From an uncultured bacterium (lineage in GTDB: Bacteria; Zixibacteria; MSB-5A5; GN15; FEB-12): DNA of 64,000 nt. The first letter of the stretch is position 1. Every line of letters starts with the position of its first letter. The translations under genes and the position numbers were made by a program. The stretch is taken from the NCBI GenBank assembly GCA_965372795.1, contig CBDVDR010000004.1:64001-128000 (forward strand). The letters are read 5' to 3'. The notes under the pieces were generated by a model. The model had not been told where the DNA came from. It saw only the letters and a list, made by a program, of their open reading frames with translations, and searched no databases. Positions 29,556 to 39,551 of the stretch are shown in pieces.

Positions 29556-29801
29556 ATGACTTATAATATAATTGACCCGATTGATTTCTTTGAAGATGGT
29601 GTCTTTTCTGAAGATGGGTTTTTAAAAAAGGCTTCAGAGTACGACTGGGCAAAATTTACCGGAAAAAAAATTCTTGTTAGAGGTTGTTCTACCGTTGTTC
29701 CTCCCTGGGTTTATATGTATATTACCTCAAAACTGGTTTCAAAGGCAAAAACAATCAGGTATGGAAATGAGCATGACAATATTGTTGTTCACCGATCCTG
29801 A
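29556..29801 (+). CDS. Short DUF2480-family protein
   Basis: YDWAKFTGKKILVRGCSTVVPPWVYMYITSKL pattern. Confidence 0.7.
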   Translation: MTYNIIDPIDFFEDGVFSEDGFLKKASEYDWAKFTGKKILVRGCSTVVPPWVYMYITSKLVSKAKTIRYGNEHDNIVVHRS

Positions 29802-29857
29802 AACTGCTTAACCAGAGAATCATAGTTTTACTGATTATTTAAGAGAGGAAATTATAT

Positions 29858-30178
29858 ATGCCGAAAGTTCTGTTTTTACCGGAAGAAAAAGAAGTTGAAG
29901 TAGCCGAAGGCACTCCAATTTTGGATGCCGCTTTAGAAAATAATATCCATATCAACCATAATTGTGGTGGAAATTGTGCCTGCTCTACCTGTCATATTAT
30001 TGTCGAATCCGGTTTTAAGAGCCTTAATGAAGTTACCGAAGATGAAGAAGACATGCTTGATGAAGCCGAAGAATTGACCGACACTTCCAGATTAGCCTGT
30101 CAGGCTTTAGTAACAAAAGATCTTATCGTAAGAATTCCAGAAACAGTCTCTGTTTTTGATGATGATGATGAATTCTAA
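29858..30178 (+). CDS. fdx: ISC/adrenodoxin-type 2Fe-2S ferredoxin
   Basis: HNCGGNCACSTCH...SRLACQ. Confidence 0.93.
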   Translation: MPKVLFLPEEKEVEVAEGTPILDAALENNIHINHNCGGNCACSTCHIIVESGFKSLNEVTEDEEDMLDEAEELTDTSRLACQALVTKDLIVRIPETVSVFDDDDEF

Positions 30179-30198
30179 AGAGTATCAATAAACTACCT

Positions 30199-30224
30199 AA
30201 AGCCGGCTTTCAGCCGGTTTTTTT
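30199..30224 (+). terminator. Terminator after fdx
   Basis: AAAGCCGGCT-TTC-AGCCGGTTTTTTT. Confidence 0.85.
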
Positions 30225-30238
30225 ATGTCTCATTCTCC

Positions 30239-30265
30239 TTAACCGATTGTTAATAATGCCGATAA
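30239..30265 (+). promoter_or_regulatory. Sigma28 (FliA/WhiG/SigD)-type promoter of the pseudopilin cluster
   Basis: TTAA-N15-GCCGATAA directly after the fdx terminator (consensus TAAA-N15-GCCGATAA). Confidence 0.65.
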
Positions 30266-30300
30266 ATCAAGGATAAGGGATGATTTATGGAGTTTTGGGA

Positions 30301-31050
30301 ATGAAACAAATAAACACAAATGGATATACATTGATTGAGATGATTCTTGTAATCATTATTTTATCAATAATTTCTTCAGTTGCCATAAAATCATTAAATA
30401 AATCAACAGAAACCGCTCGAGTAGAAGAGACTAAAAAAGAACTTATACAACTGGCTAATTCAATCAGAGGCAACCCTTCTGAGTTGTCAGGTGGTAAAAG
30501 AATTGATTTTGGTTATATTGGCGATATCGGAGCCCTGCCCAATAATTTAGATAACTTGGTTCAGGACCCCGGTCTGGGAAACTGGTCAGGACCTTATCTT
30601 CATGATAATTTTTATAATTCATCAGGAGCGATAGATTCTGAATTTAAAATTGATGGCTGGGGAAAATTGTATTCCTACAGTGGGGGAAACTTTATTTCAT
30701 CCTCCGGAAATGGGAGCGATATTACAGTTAACCTTGCAAATTCAGTTACAGACCTTCTTTATAATTCAGTCAGTTTTGTAATCACTGATATTAAATCATC
30801 ACCTCCGGGCTTAATATATAAAGATTCGGTTAGTTTTAATTTAACCATCCCTTCCGGTGCCGGAGGATGGACAACCATGCTCCGCTTCCCAACCGATGAT
30901 GGGATGGTACAATTTGATTCAATCCCAATCGGGATTCAAAATCTACAAATTGTATATTATCCAACGGCTGACACACTAATAAGAAAAATTCATGTTAATC
31001 CGGGCAGTTCGGTTTATATGGAAATTAGTTTAAACGAAGAGCTTTGGTAA
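30301..31050 (+). CDS. Type IV pilin/GspG-like pseudopilin 1
   Basis: G|YTLIE prepilin site, RIDFGYIGDIGALP..L..PG..WSGPY, DGWG; ORF track start 30280, likelier ATG 30301. Confidence 0.85.
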   Translation: MKQINTNGYTLIEMILVIIILSIISSVAIKSLNKSTETARVEETKKELIQLANSIRGNPSELSGGKRIDFGYIGDIGALPNNLDNLVQDPGLGNWSGPYLHDNFYNSSGAIDSEFKIDGWGKLYSYSGGNFISSSGNGSDITVNLANSVTDLLYNSVSFVITDIKSSPPGLIYKDSVSFNLTIPSGAGGWTTMLRFPTDDGMVQFDSIPIGIQNLQIVYYPTADTLIRKIHVNPGSSVYMEISLNEELW

Positions 31051-32285
31051 TGTTAAAAAAAATAAACAAAAACCAAGGCTTTAGCTTAATCGAACTACTT
31101 ATGGTTATAATTGTTGCTGGAATTTTAATGTCTATGGCGATGCAGTCAATGACTGCTTTGATGTCTGATGCCCGAAAAATTAAGACAGAGCAAGAACTCG
31201 AGATGCTTGCCGATGCTATAATCGGTAAACCTGAGATAATGACCAATGGCATCCGATCTGATTTTGGATATGTCGGCGATATTGGCTCCTTCCCGGTTAA
31301 TCTTGATGGATTATATCAGAACCCCGGTTATGCAACCTGGGATGGTCCTTATATTGAAAACAAATTTCAAGAGGATCTAACCGGATTTAAAACCGATGAA
31401 TGGGGCACTGCTTATTCATATTCTGGTGGAACAACTATCAGTTCAACTGGAAGCGGCTCAACGATTACAAAAATAATAACCAATGCGACCACAGATTATT
31501 TATATAATACGCTCAATGGGTCGATCAAAGATGCCAATGACTCTCTACCGGGATCAATTTATAAAGATTCTGTTGATATTAAAATTACAATTCCTAATGG
31601 AGCAGGCGGTTTACTCAATAAAACTTATCATCTTGATGCTCTGGGAAATTTCACTTTAGATTCACTCCCGGTTGGAAAACATCCTTTGAAAATTATTTAC
31701 ACCCCCAATGTAGATACTTTAAAAAGGTATGTTACTATTTTGCCTCGGCATAAAAACTATCATATGTACAGGTTTTCCTCCGCTTACTTTGGCAGCTCGC
31801 CAACTACCACTGACACCATGGTTCTTCGCCCTGATGGAGACGGATCACTTAATAATCTAACAACGTACAATTGTGCGAGTAATTTTGAATGTGTCGACGA
31901 AATTACACCGGATGAAGATAATAGTTATGTGATAAGAGCATCAGCTAACATTGCATCTGAAACCTATAGCTGTGAAAATCCATCCGGTACACCCGGAACC
32001 ATAGATAAAATAACAGTTTTTTGTCGAGCAAGACGGACATCTAATCTGGGAAACATCAAACCATCAATATTTACGGGTGGTCTTGAAGATAACGGGACAA
32101 CCTTTAATCTGTCAGATAATTATACTGATTATAGTTATAGCTGGATAACAAATCCAAGTTCAGGAACAGCCTGGACGTGGACAGATATAACAAACATGGA
32201 AATCGGATTAGCCCTTAAAGGTAAAAACGGAAGCAACCCATCCTACTGTACTCAGCTTTGGGTTGAAGTGGAATATACTTATTAG
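31050..32285 (+). CDS. Pseudopilin 2 with an extra Cys-containing C-terminal beta domain
   Basis: G|FSLIE, RSDFGYVGDIG..WDGPY, DEWG; ATG overlaps the upstream TAA. Confidence 0.85.
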   Translation: MLKKINKNQGFSLIELLMVIIVAGILMSMAMQSMTALMSDARKIKTEQELEMLADAIIGKPEIMTNGIRSDFGYVGDIGSFPVNLDGLYQNPGYATWDGPYIENKFQEDLTGFKTDEWGTAYSYSGGTTISSTGSGSTITKIITNATTDYLYNTLNGSIKDANDSLPGSIYKDSVDIKITIPNGAGGLLNKTYHLDALGNFTLDSLPVGKHPLKIIYTPNVDTLKRYVTILPRHKNYHMYRFSSAYFGSSPTTTDTMVLRPDGDGSLNNLTTYNCASNFECVDEITPDEDNSYVIRASANIASETYSCENPSGTPGTIDKITVFCRARRTSNLGNIKPSIFTGGLEDNGTTFNLSDNYTDYSYSWITNPSSGTAWTWTDITNMEIGLALKGKNGSNPSYCTQLWVEVEYTY

Positions 32286-32290
32286 GTTAC

Positions 32291-33448
32291 ATGATGATTA
32301 AAAACAATTCAACATATAATCAAAATGGATTTACTTTAATAGAAGTAGTCCTGGTGATAATAATTTCCGGTATTCTGCTAACAGTCGCTTTAAAGTCAGT
32401 CGGTCAATTCGCAGAAACATCAAAAGTTGAAAACACAAAAACCGAACTCGAACAGATAGCCATCGCCGTACACGGTAATCCGGAACTTGAAAGCAGAGGT
32501 ATCCGAACTGATTTTGGATACATCGGAGATGTCGGATCAATGCCTCCTGATCTTGATGCTCTGGTTTCAAACCCGGGAAGTTATTCAACCTGGAATGGTC
32601 CTTATATCAATTCCCGTTTTATTCAATTGACTAATGATTATAAACAGGATGCCTGGGGTACAGATTATTCGTTTAGCGGAGTTGAACTAATTTCAACCGG
32701 TTCCGGATCGGAGATTGTAAAAAAACTTTCTAATTCAACTTCGGATTTTATTTATAACAATGTCTCGGGTGTATTGCTCGATTTAAACGGCACCAGTCCG
32801 GGTCCGGTATATAAAGATTCTGTATCGGTTCAACTAACTATTCCAGACGGTTCAGGAAGTTACATTACCAAAGCAACCATTCCTGATAATGGAGGATATT
32901 TTTCATTTGATTCCATCCCGATTGGAACTCATGACATAAATTTAATTTATACCCCTGATAATGACACTCTAAAAAGATTCACAACGGTTTTGCCGGGTGC
33001 AAATTCATATGGGGAATATCTATTAGCGAATGATGTCTGGTATGATACAACAGCAGGTGGAATCATTCTTATACCTTCTTCCGATACTGTCTTTCAAAAT
33101 CCACAATGTAATAATTTTTCTTTCTGGATTATAAACAATACAATTGCTCCAATTACGATAAATTCACTTAAATTGGAATGGACTTCTCCCCCGACTGCTT
33201 ATTTTAAAGAAGTCTTGTGGAATTCTATTAAAGTAATCAATGAGCCTAATCCAAAAATCGCATCCGGCGATATTTTTCCCTTTATCGCTCCTCAAACATT
33301 GAATGCCGGTCAAAGAGCAAAGATTACAGCCAAAGCTTTTCGGAGTGCAGTAACTGGTGGATCCGCTGTCAATATGGAAAATATCTCAATAATTGTAACC
33401 CTCTCTGATGGTTCCACTTTTATAGTTCCTTTGGGGGCTTGTATATGA
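32291..33448 (+). CDS. Pseudopilin 3 with an extra Ig-like C-terminal domain
   Basis: G|FTLIE, RTDFGYIGDVG..WNGPY, DAWG. Confidence 0.85.
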   Translation: MMIKNNSTYNQNGFTLIEVVLVIIISGILLTVALKSVGQFAETSKVENTKTELEQIAIAVHGNPELESRGIRTDFGYIGDVGSMPPDLDALVSNPGSYSTWNGPYINSRFIQLTNDYKQDAWGTDYSFSGVELISTGSGSEIVKKLSNSTSDFIYNNVSGVLLDLNGTSPGPVYKDSVSVQLTIPDGSGSYITKATIPDNGGYFSFDSIPIGTHDINLIYTPDNDTLKRFTTVLPGANSYGEYLLANDVWYDTTAGGIILIPSSDTVFQNPQCNNFSFWIINNTIAPITINSLKLEWTSPPTAYFKEVLWNSIKVINEPNPKIASGDIFPFIAPQTLNAGQRAKITAKAFRSAVTGGSAVNMENISIIVTLSDGSTFIVPLGACI

Positions 33449-34182
33449 AAAAGTTAAACTATAATTCTCAACAGGGTTTTACACTGATTGAATTGGTACT
33501 GGTAATAGTCATGATTGGTATTCTATCATCCGTTGCTGTAAGAAAGATGAGTTCAACAGTTGAGGATGCCCGTTTCGAGCACACCAAAGCTGAGCTTGAT
33601 CAACTAGCGTATTCTATCGTAGGTAATCCTCAGGCTTATTCTGATGGTGCGAGGGTTGACTATGGATATGTTGGAGACATTGGCGCCTTGCCGCTTAACC
33701 TTGATGCTCTGGCTTCTAATCCGGGTGGCTACTCATCCTGGGCAGGACCCTATATAGATAATTCTAATGGAAATGAATTTAAAAAAGATGCCTGGCAAGT
33801 TGATTATGTTTACTCAGGAACCAATATTCGTTCGGTAGGGTCGGGCAGTAATATCGATAAAGTTATTATTTCTAATTCTACTTTTCTATTGAATAACAGT
33901 GTCACGGGCTACGTAGTAGATGCCAACCAGCAACCGCCGGGTATATCATTTGCCGATTCAGTCGTTGTACAATTAACTCATCCCGATGGATCAGGTTCTA
34001 CAACAACACAATCAATGACACTCTCATCATCGGGGAATTTTAGTTTTAATAATATTCCTATTGGAAATCATCTGCTTGAGGTTATTCACCTTCCTGCAAC
34101 CGATACCCTATCTTATCAGATTTCGGTGAATCCGAATTCAATTGTCAAACTTGATATAGTTTTTCCTGCAGATATATTTTAA
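33445..34182 (+). CDS. Pseudopilin 4
   Basis: G|FTLIE, RVDYGYVGDIG..WAGPY, DAWQ; ATGA overlap with pseudopilin 3. Confidence 0.85.
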   Translation: MKKLNYNSQQGFTLIELVLVIVMIGILSSVAVRKMSSTVEDARFEHTKAELDQLAYSIVGNPQAYSDGARVDYGYVGDIGALPLNLDALASNPGGYSSWAGPYIDNSNGNEFKKDAWQVDYVYSGTNIRSVGSGSNIDKVIISNSTFLLNNSVTGYVVDANQQPPGISFADSVVVQLTHPDGSGSTTTQSMTLSSSGNFSFNNIPIGNHLLEVIHLPATDTLSYQISVNPNSIVKLDIVFPADIF

Positions 34183-34208
34183 AAAAGGGTTAGATGACTA
34201 ACCCTTTT
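34181..34208. terminator. Bidirectional terminator between convergent genes
   Basis: AAAAAAGGGTTAG-ATGA-CTAACCCTTTT. Confidence 0.8.
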
Positions 34209-34212
34209 AGAT

Positions 34213-35355
34213 TTAACTCTCTTTAATAACCAGATTGATGCCCCGTTTTTTTAGTTCGGGAATAAACAGTGCCGAATTAACGGCTAATTCCTGTGGGATA
34301 CAGCCTCGTTCGGTGATTTTATTTCCTGCTGCCATAGAGGCAATAATCGTAGCCGGGAAGGCAGTTGTACGCATCATCGCGGTTAGAGCTTCTTTGTTTT
34401 TCTGGCGGTCAATAATTTCATAAGTAACGGTCTTATCTTTGCCGTCCTTTTTACCTTGCAGAGTAACGCGGACCAAAGTCATATCGAGATCATCAAGAGT
34501 TAGATTTTTAATTAAAACCGCTTTGAGAAGCGAGCGAGGTTCAACCATTTGATTATCAACCTCAATTTTCTGGCGGGAAGCTAATCCAATATCGAGCATC
34601 GGTTTGAATAACTGACAATGTCCGGGGTATCTGATTGTTTTATAATCGAGAAAATCGATTTTACCGCTAAAAGTATTTGGCAGGGTTGATGTGCCACCGG
34701 ATGTGTAAAATGCTTCCAGTTTGCCAATACCGTCAAATTCCAATTCCTCAATTTCAGTCATTGGATTAACCATGGTTTGTTTGCCATCTTTTAAAATTAC
34801 ACATGGTTCCCAATATTCATTAATCAAACCTTCAGCTGAAAAAACCATCATATAATTCAGGGGTGGGCGAGGTGATTGGGGAAGTCCACCGACTCTTATT
34901 TTCAACGATGCAACTTCATCAAATTTTTTGTACCCATCCATTGCTAAAATAGAAACCATACCCGGTGCCAAACCGCAATCAGGTACAATAAGAACCCCTG
35001 CTTCTTTTGCAGCATCATTCATCTCAAGCTGTATATTGACAACTTCATTATTCCCGCCTAAATCAACCATATGACAATGTTGTTCTATGGCAATCTTAGT
35101 TAATTCGGAATTATATTTATAGGTAACACAGGAAACAACCGCATCATATTCATTCATGACAATTTTTACTGCCTCAAGGTCACCGGCATCAAGCATCCCA
35201 GCCTTGCCCTTCCCTGATCCGAATTTTTCTGCAACAGATTTGGCAAGGATTTCATTTATATCAAAGACACCAACCTGAGTAACGTCATCATTTGATGCTA
35301 AATCAGCTACTGCTGCTTGACCCATCAAGCCCGCACCTATTACCGCAATTTTCAT
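34213..35355 (-). CDS. Saccharopine dehydrogenase / lysine 6-dehydrogenase family protein
   Basis: IGAGLMG, PDCGLAPG, VGGLPQ, EAFYTSGG, YKTIRYPGH, AMMRTTAFP. Confidence 0.9.
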   Translation of the reverse strand: MKIAVIGAGLMGQAAVADLASNDDVTQVGVFDINEILAKSVAEKFGSGKGKAGMLDAGDLEAVKIVMNEYDAVVSCVTYKYNSELTKIAIEQHCHMVDLGGNNEVVNIQLEMNDAAKEAGVLIVPDCGLAPGMVSILAMDGYKKFDEVASLKIRVGGLPQSPRPPLNYMMVFSAEGLINEYWEPCVILKDGKQTMVNPMTEIEELEFDGIGKLEAFYTSGGTSTLPNTFSGKIDFLDYKTIRYPGHCQLFKPMLDIGLASRQKIEVDNQMVEPRSLLKAVLIKNLTLDDLDMTLVRVTLQGKKDGKDKTVTYEIIDRQKNKEALTAMMRTTAFPATIIASMAAGNKITERGCIPQELAVNSALFIPELKKRGINLVIKES

Positions 35356-35437
35356 ATTTTCTCCAAATCTAATTTACATTTAATTTTGAGAATATCGTCT
35401 GGAATAGTGGATTAAACAAGCAAAATTCTTGATTGAA

Positions 35438-37603
35438 CTAAATTAGTTGATTGGATTTCCTGATCAACCATTCTAATGATAAAGAGGCAATAATTATGAT
35501 AAGCAGCCAGAGTTTATTCCAAATAATAATCTCTCCCCGTTTCACAATTTTTTGGGCAGAAACATCAATCATATCCAAAGCATCATCAATTTCCTTAAAA
35601 TTGAAATAATCTCCTCCGGATAAGCGGGCAATAGCCGTTAACGTTGCTGGATCGGATCTTTGATCAAATTGCTCTAAAGAAAATGACTCTATCAAAATTT
35701 TACCTTCGGTTTCTTTTAGATATTCGCCATTTTTTTCAAAATAACCGTTAAACTTATATTCACCGGGTGCAAGATTATCAAATTCAGCTTTATACCGACC
35801 TTCTCCAATAGAAATCAAATCAATTTCCCGTTCGAGATCTCCGTTTACAGGAACCAATTTCACCGCCCCCAAGACTCCGGGAATTTCTCGAAACCCGAGA
35901 TCGTAAGCAAAACCGTTAAATCTGACTGTCTCACCCCTATTATAAATTTGTTTTTCAGGAGTTATTCGTATCGGATCGAAATCATCTTTAACCGTCAGCC
36001 ATGAAGAAGTACCTTCCAGAAAAGTTCTAAAATTGCTGCCATCCCCGCCAAATCCAAGATCAACAAACCCCCAGGTCCAAATCGGAAGGGCGGCACTGAC
36101 AAAAACTTTTCCCGGTCCGATTCGTCGATACCCGAATATCGGTGAACGATTATCAGAGCTGTTATCTGAATAAGCTAAGATTACTGCTTGTGGATTGGTT
36201 TCATCACAATCAACGAACGATTGAAACGGCGGCAAATCTGCCCAGTTATTTCTGATTGCAACCTGGTCATCACCCAAGCGGACCGAAGGATGAAACAATT
36301 GGCCTTCTGCGGGGATTGCCTGGAACTCTCGATACCGATATTGACCTCTTTTAGTTGGGTAAAAAGGTAAGATATCGGTCAGCCAATCGGGTGTATTTTG
36401 TTGAGAGAATTTTTCTCCCATCATCAACCAGAGTGCCCCGCCTTTATCAGCAAGATAAGATTTTAGAACAGTTCTAAGTTTACTTAGTTCTGGTGAGGGC
36501 ATGTCTTGAAGAATTACAAGGTCGTACCTATTTAATTCAGTCTGTTTGGTTGGAATTCGAGATGTCAGATTTCCAGCTGATGGAGCAGTCACTATTAATT
36601 CAGCGTCATATTTGTTAGTCTGATCAAAAAATCTTTTTAGAAACCCGGTTTCATAATCTGGGGCTGAGGTGATTAGTAAAACTTTCATTTTACTTTTTAA
36701 AACTTTAAGCGATATAGATTGGCTGTTATTCCCCGGATTTTCCTCTTTTTCATCAAACAAAATTTTGACATTCAAAATTTTCTGACCGGGAGATTTCGGA
36801 ATATAATTCAGAGTTATTTCACCCAGCCCGCTCTCCTGATCAATTTTAAAATTGTAATTGTCTACTACTTTACCGGAATCGACCAGTTCAACTTTTAATG
36901 TTTTTCCGTCCGCATCCTGCCAGTTGATATGAACTTTAATTTCAGATTTTTCACCGGTAAAAATAACCGGATTAAATTCTACTTCGGAAATTCCAATATC
37001 ATAATAACCAACATCATCGGCTACATTTACCGCAATTACAGGTGTTTGAACCGTTCTTGCAATATCCTTAGGGTCTTTTCCGGAATTTGAGTTTCCATCA
37101 GAAAACAATAGCCAGTAATCATCGGGGTTGGTCAATTGTTCGGTTTGCAAAGATGACAACAGGTCGCCGATTGCTGTTTGGGAAGGAATTACCTCGTTTG
37201 ATTTTTCCGAGACATTTCCACCGAAGTATTTGACCCTAAAATCAACTTCACTTTGAATAGACTCGTAGCGAGGAAGTGACAGCAAAGAATCCAGCCTTGC
37301 CTTGCGGCTTTTTCCCTGCTCAATTTTATTCATGCTCGAAGAATAGTCTAACAGAACTGTTACTTTTTTGGATCGTTCTATATTTTTGGTGTAACTTATA
37401 ACCGGTTCAAGCAGGGCTGTAAATAAAGCCAAAACCGCTAATATTCTTAATCCCCCAAGAATTATTTTTAAGTATAGAGGCAGGGGCGGATTAGTTTTGC
37501 GATACAGATAAATCGATAACCCAATAAATGCAATCAGGAAAATCCAGACAATTGCCTGCGAGCCTGTAAGAAAATGGATTTGGAATTCATCAAAGTTAAA
37601 CAT
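35438..37603 (-). CDS. Membrane-anchored vWA + GATase-like domain protein
   Basis: Two N-terminal TMs, LLDYSSSM (MIDAS), LFSDGNSNSG, YDLVILQD, C-terminal TM with EWLIRK. Confidence 0.75.
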   Translation of the reverse strand: MFNFDEFQIHFLTGSQAIVWIFLIAFIGLSIYLYRKTNPPLPLYLKIILGGLRILAVLALFTALLEPVISYTKNIERSKKVTVLLDYSSSMNKIEQGKSRKARLDSLLSLPRYESIQSEVDFRVKYFGGNVSEKSNEVIPSQTAIGDLLSSLQTEQLTNPDDYWLLFSDGNSNSGKDPKDIARTVQTPVIAVNVADDVGYYDIGISEVEFNPVIFTGEKSEIKVHINWQDADGKTLKVELVDSGKVVDNYNFKIDQESGLGEITLNYIPKSPGQKILNVKILFDEKEENPGNNSQSISLKVLKSKMKVLLITSAPDYETGFLKRFFDQTNKYDAELIVTAPSAGNLTSRIPTKQTELNRYDLVILQDMPSPELSKLRTVLKSYLADKGGALWLMMGEKFSQQNTPDWLTDILPFYPTKRGQYRYREFQAIPAEGQLFHPSVRLGDDQVAIRNNWADLPPFQSFVDCDETNPQAVILAYSDNSSDNRSPIFGYRRIGPGKVFVSAALPIWTWGFVDLGFGGDGSNFRTFLEGTSSWLTVKDDFDPIRITPEKQIYNRGETVRFNGFAYDLGFREIPGVLGAVKLVPVNGDLEREIDLISIGEGRYKAEFDNLAPGEYKFNGYFEKNGEYLKETEGKILIESFSLEQFDQRSDPATLTAIARLSGGDYFNFKEIDDALDMIDVSAQKIVKRGEIIIWNKLWLLIIIIASLSLEWLIRKSNQLI

Positions 37604-37659
37604 TAACTGTTATACTAATAAATCTATATGAAGTTGACAAGAAGATAGCGTGAATCTAA

Positions 37660-38646
37660 TCACGAAACCCGGGTAGTTGTAAATTCTACCATATCGGCAA
37701 GAGACTTATAATAAATCGAATTTTCTACTCGGGAGATAGATTCCAAGCCTTTTTGACCAAGCTCGCTAGCTTTTTTATAGGCATAATCAATCCCGCCGGA
37801 TTCTTTCACATAATCATATACCTTTTCAAAATATTCCTGATTATGTTCTTTATCATTAAGCATTTTAATAATCTCTTTGCGGGAAGCTTTGCCGGTTCTT
37901 CTTAAAGAGTAAATTAACGGAAGCGTGACTTTCCCGGTAAGAACATCATTCCCCGGTTCTTTACCGGTCTGTTCAACATTTCCGACAAAATCAAGCAGAT
38001 CATCGGCAATTTGAAAAGCTGTGCCGACATTTTCACCAAAACGGGCAAATCGGTTTCTTTCGGCATTTCCAAGGTTTGCCAAAATCGGTCCGGTTTCACA
38101 GGATACAGTGAATAGCGAGGCTGTTTTATCTGAAATAATTGTCAGATATTCTTCTTCTGAAAGATCATAATTGCTGGTTTCTTCAATCTGGCGCAGTTCC
38201 CCGACCGAAACTCTTTCGGTAGCATGCGAAATCGACTTGATAAGTTCTATAGAATTCGGCTCGACCATGATGCGAAAAGCTTTGGCAAAAAGATAATCGC
38301 CCATCAACACCGAAATCAGGTTTGTCCACTGTGCGTTGATTGTTTCCTGACCACGTCGCATATCCGATTCATCAACCACATCATCATGTAAAAGGGTCGC
38401 AGTATGGATCAATTCTATGGCTAATGAGGCTTCAATAGAATGTTCATCAAACTGACCCAATGCTCTTGAGGTTAAAAACAGAAATACGGGACGCATTCGT
38501 TTGCCGCGGGATTTCATCAGATGGCGGGCAATTGATGTAATTAGCGGAGAGTCACCTTTTAAATAATCGGCTAAAAGGGAATGGAATTCGGTAAGATCAT
38601 CTTTGATCGGCTCGGTGTATTCAGCCATTTTTTCTTTATCAAGCAT
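37660..38646 (-). CDS. Polyprenyl diphosphate synthase (IspB/HepT-like)
   Basis: GKRMRP, LHDDVVDESDMRRG (FARM), FQIADDLLD (SARM); likely ATG 38646 (ORF track start 38706). Confidence 0.93.
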   Translation of the reverse strand: MLDKEKMAEYTEPIKDDLTEFHSLLADYLKGDSPLITSIARHLMKSRGKRMRPVFLFLTSRALGQFDEHSIEASLAIELIHTATLLHDDVVDESDMRRGQETINAQWTNLISVLMGDYLFAKAFRIMVEPNSIELIKSISHATERVSVGELRQIEETSNYDLSEEEYLTIISDKTASLFTVSCETGPILANLGNAERNRFARFGENVGTAFQIADDLLDFVGNVEQTGKEPGNDVLTGKVTLPLIYSLRRTGKASRKEIIKMLNDKEHNQEYFEKVYDYVKESGGIDYAYKKASELGQKGLESISRVENSIYYKSLADMVEFTTTRVS

Positions 38647-38748
38647 AATAAAGCAATTCTCTCTCCAATAATTTATTTCAGAGCAACAAAATAGGGGTCT
38701 CGCCATTGCTTGTCAATTGGATTTTCAACAGAGTTATTGTTGTAAATT

Positions 38749-39531
38749 TTAAGGCATGTATAATTCTATATAATTCACAAATAGATGTAAAATAGCTGGA
38801 GCGGCAATGTTTTTAGTGCGCCACATGACAAAGCCCAAGATTAAACTAATCGGGATTAAATTTATAGAATTTAAAATCGCATCGTCAAGACCATGCCCTT
38901 GCCAGAAATACCTGATTGGTATATGCATTACAGCCATTAATATCGAAGTAATAATCCAGCCCTGCCAGTTCCCGAGCCAGGCCATGAAACGGGTTTGAAG
39001 ATAACCCCGAGTCATAAACTCTTCGGCAAAACCAACCACAGCAAAATGCCAGAAACCCCAAAAATGATTCGGTTGAAAACCGGTTTCAGGATATTTTATG
39101 TCAGGATTTGTTATGATTTCAATTAAACATAATCCAAGACCGAGTGAAATTGCTCCGTATAGATTTTGTTTTGAAATACCGATCGTTGCCCAGGATTCAT
39201 TTCTCAGCCTGAGGGCGATTATAATCGGAAGCATAATTATTCCAGACAGCAAAACCTGACTAATCACACCTTCGAAACTGAAAGAATCATTTGAACTCAT
39301 TTCCTGTAACTGTTCAGGAGATTTATCATAGGCAATCGCTATTATGAGCAGTAACATCATAATATTGCTGATGACAATAGCAAATAAGGCGGTTATACCG
39401 GATTGCTTTGGTTGTTCAAATTTAAAATCGGTTTTATCGGGTAAAAAATATTTTTCGAATGAATAGAACAGGGTTAAGGCGAGTGCAAATTGAATCGCAT
39501 AGCGGATGATCACAGCTGCTTCGATATTCAT
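38749..39531 (-). CDS. CPBP/Abi (CAAX-like) intramembrane metalloprotease
   Basis: AEEFMTRG, AVMH, LHLFVN. Confidence 0.88.
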   Translation of the reverse strand: MNIEAAVIIRYAIQFALALTLFYSFEKYFLPDKTDFKFEQPKQSGITALFAIVISNIMMLLLIIAIAYDKSPEQLQEMSSNDSFSFEGVISQVLLSGIIMLPIIIALRLRNESWATIGISKQNLYGAISLGLGLCLIEIITNPDIKYPETGFQPNHFWGFWHFAVVGFAEEFMTRGYLQTRFMAWLGNWQGWIITSILMAVMHIPIRYFWQGHGLDDAILNSINLIPISLILGFVMWRTKNIAAPAILHLFVNYIELYMP

Positions 39532-39551
39532 AGAATATCAATTTTCTCCAA

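Noticed and set aside
30301..34182. Pilin repeats as antigenic-variation cassettes, shufflon or DGR target
   Set aside because: All four are full-length genes with their own N-termini, shared motifs are synonymously diverged, and no recombinase or reverse transcriptase is present.
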